From NCBI RefSeq assembly GCF_055900595.2, contig NZ_CM148325.1: a stretch of DNA of 64,000 bases. One strand, given 5' to 3'. The notes below the pieces were generated by a model. That model did no database searches and was not told the origin of the DNA. It saw nothing but the letters and a program-made list of their open reading frames with translations. Positions 63,142 through 64,000 of this stretch are shown here, piece by piece. The stretch's first letter is position 1. The number at the start of each line of letters is the position of its first letter. Position numbers and translations under genes: made by a program.

Positions 63142-64000
63142 TCAGACCAGACGGTTGCCCGGAACAAACCATTCCCGACGAGAATTCAGGAGGTCTTGCG
63201 CGCTCATCGCTTTCTTACCCGCAGGTTGTAACGAGAGCAGGTTCAGGATGCCACCACCCGTCGCAACCTGAATGCCTTGTTTATTGGCTTCAAGGATCGT
63301 TCCTGGTGCAGCGTTGGTTGCCGTATCAATGACCGACGCTTTCCAGACTTTAACCGGCTGTCCTTCAATTTCCAGCCAGCTCATTGGCCATGGATTGAAA
63401 GCGCGAATGCAGCGTTCAAGCTGCGCTGCCGAAAGCGACCAGTCAATACGCGCTTCTTCTTTACTCAACTTTTCGGCGTAAGTGACAAGAGTTTCGTCCT
63501 GAACTTCTGGTTTCGCCGTGCCGTCTGCCAGTTGTTTCAATGTGGTGATAAGCCCTTGTGGGCCAAGCTCTGCCAGCTTGTCGTACAGCGTACCACTGGT
63601 ATCTTCTGCAGTAATCGGGCAGGAGAGCTTATAGAGCATGTCACCGGTGTCTAAACCAACATCCATTTGCATAATGGTCACACCAGTTTCTGCATCACCC
63701 GCCCATAGTGAGCGTTGGATTGGTGCAGCACCGCGCCAGCGTGGCAGCAGTGAACCATGAACGTTGATACAGCCAAGACGCGGCATCTCCAGCACAGCTT
63801 TCGGCAGAATTAAACCATAGGCGACGACGACCATAACATCAGCCTGCAGGTCGGCGACCAGTTGCTGGTTTTCTTGTGGACGCAGGGAAACAGGTTGAAA
63901 AACGGGCAGACCTTTTTCCTCAGCCAGAACTTTAACCGGGCTGGGCATCAGTTTTTTACCGCGTCCTGCCGGTCGGTCTGGCTGGGTGAACACGCCAACG
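63142..64000 (-). CDS. fmt: methionyl-tRNA formyltransferase, 3' portion (5' end beyond window edge)
   Basis: Open frame continuing to window end; track shows 283 aa from an internal Met; follows rsmB. Confidence 0.85.
   Translation of the reverse strand, partial: VGVFTQPDRPAGRGKKLMPSPVKVLAEEKGLPVFQPVSLRPQENQQLVADLQADVMVVVAYGLILPKAVLEMPRLGCINVHGSLLPRWRGAAPIQRSLWAGDAETGVTIMQMDVGLDTGDMLYKLSCPITAEDTSGTLYDKLAELGPQGLITTLKQLADGTAKPEVQDETLVTYAEKLSKEEARIDWSLSAAQLERCIRAFNPWPMSWLEIEGQPVKVWKASVIDTATNAAPGTILEANKQGIQVATGGGILNLLSLQPAGKKAMSAQDLLNSRREWFVPGNRLV

Overview
The window reads as a conserved enterobacterial core-chromosome segment of Escherichia coli type, collinear with the K-12 aroK-to-fmt region (about 74-75 min) in inverted orientation. 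I found no novel inserted system: no CRISPR array, prophage, IS element, integrase, tRNA/rRNA gene or recognisable defence island. Gene content in order: aroK(partial)-aroB-damX-dam-rpe-gph-trpS; the poorly characterised yhfZYXW-php-yhfUTS cluster; yhfL; cysG-nirCDB; tsgA; ppiA; yhfG-fic; pabA; argD; yhfK; crp; yhfA; prkB; yheUTS; kefGB; yheV; slyD; slyX; fkpA; yheO-tusDCB; the str operon (rpsL-rpsG-fusA-tufA); bfd-bfr; a short prepilin-peptidase gene; the S10, spc and alpha ribosomal operons; yhdN-zntR-arfA; mscL; trkA; rsmB; fmt(partial). The most interesting points are (1) the eight-gene yhf cluster, which I believe has no assigned substrate, with a perfect palindrome upstream; (2) three places where the K-12 layout as I recall it has extra genes that are missing here (frlABCDR, chiA, the gspA-O type II secretion cluster); (3) an apparent 1-nt homopolymer frameshift at the 3' end of kefG; (4) a Fic/YhfG toxin-antitoxin-like pair with a degenerate Fic motif. 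CDS coordinates come from the supplied ORF track, with some starts moved to the internal ATG/GTG that matches the known N-terminus. Hand-derived coordinates for small genes and regulatory sites are anchored to those ORFs but may be off by 1-2 nt. All K-12 comparisons are from memory, not from a search.
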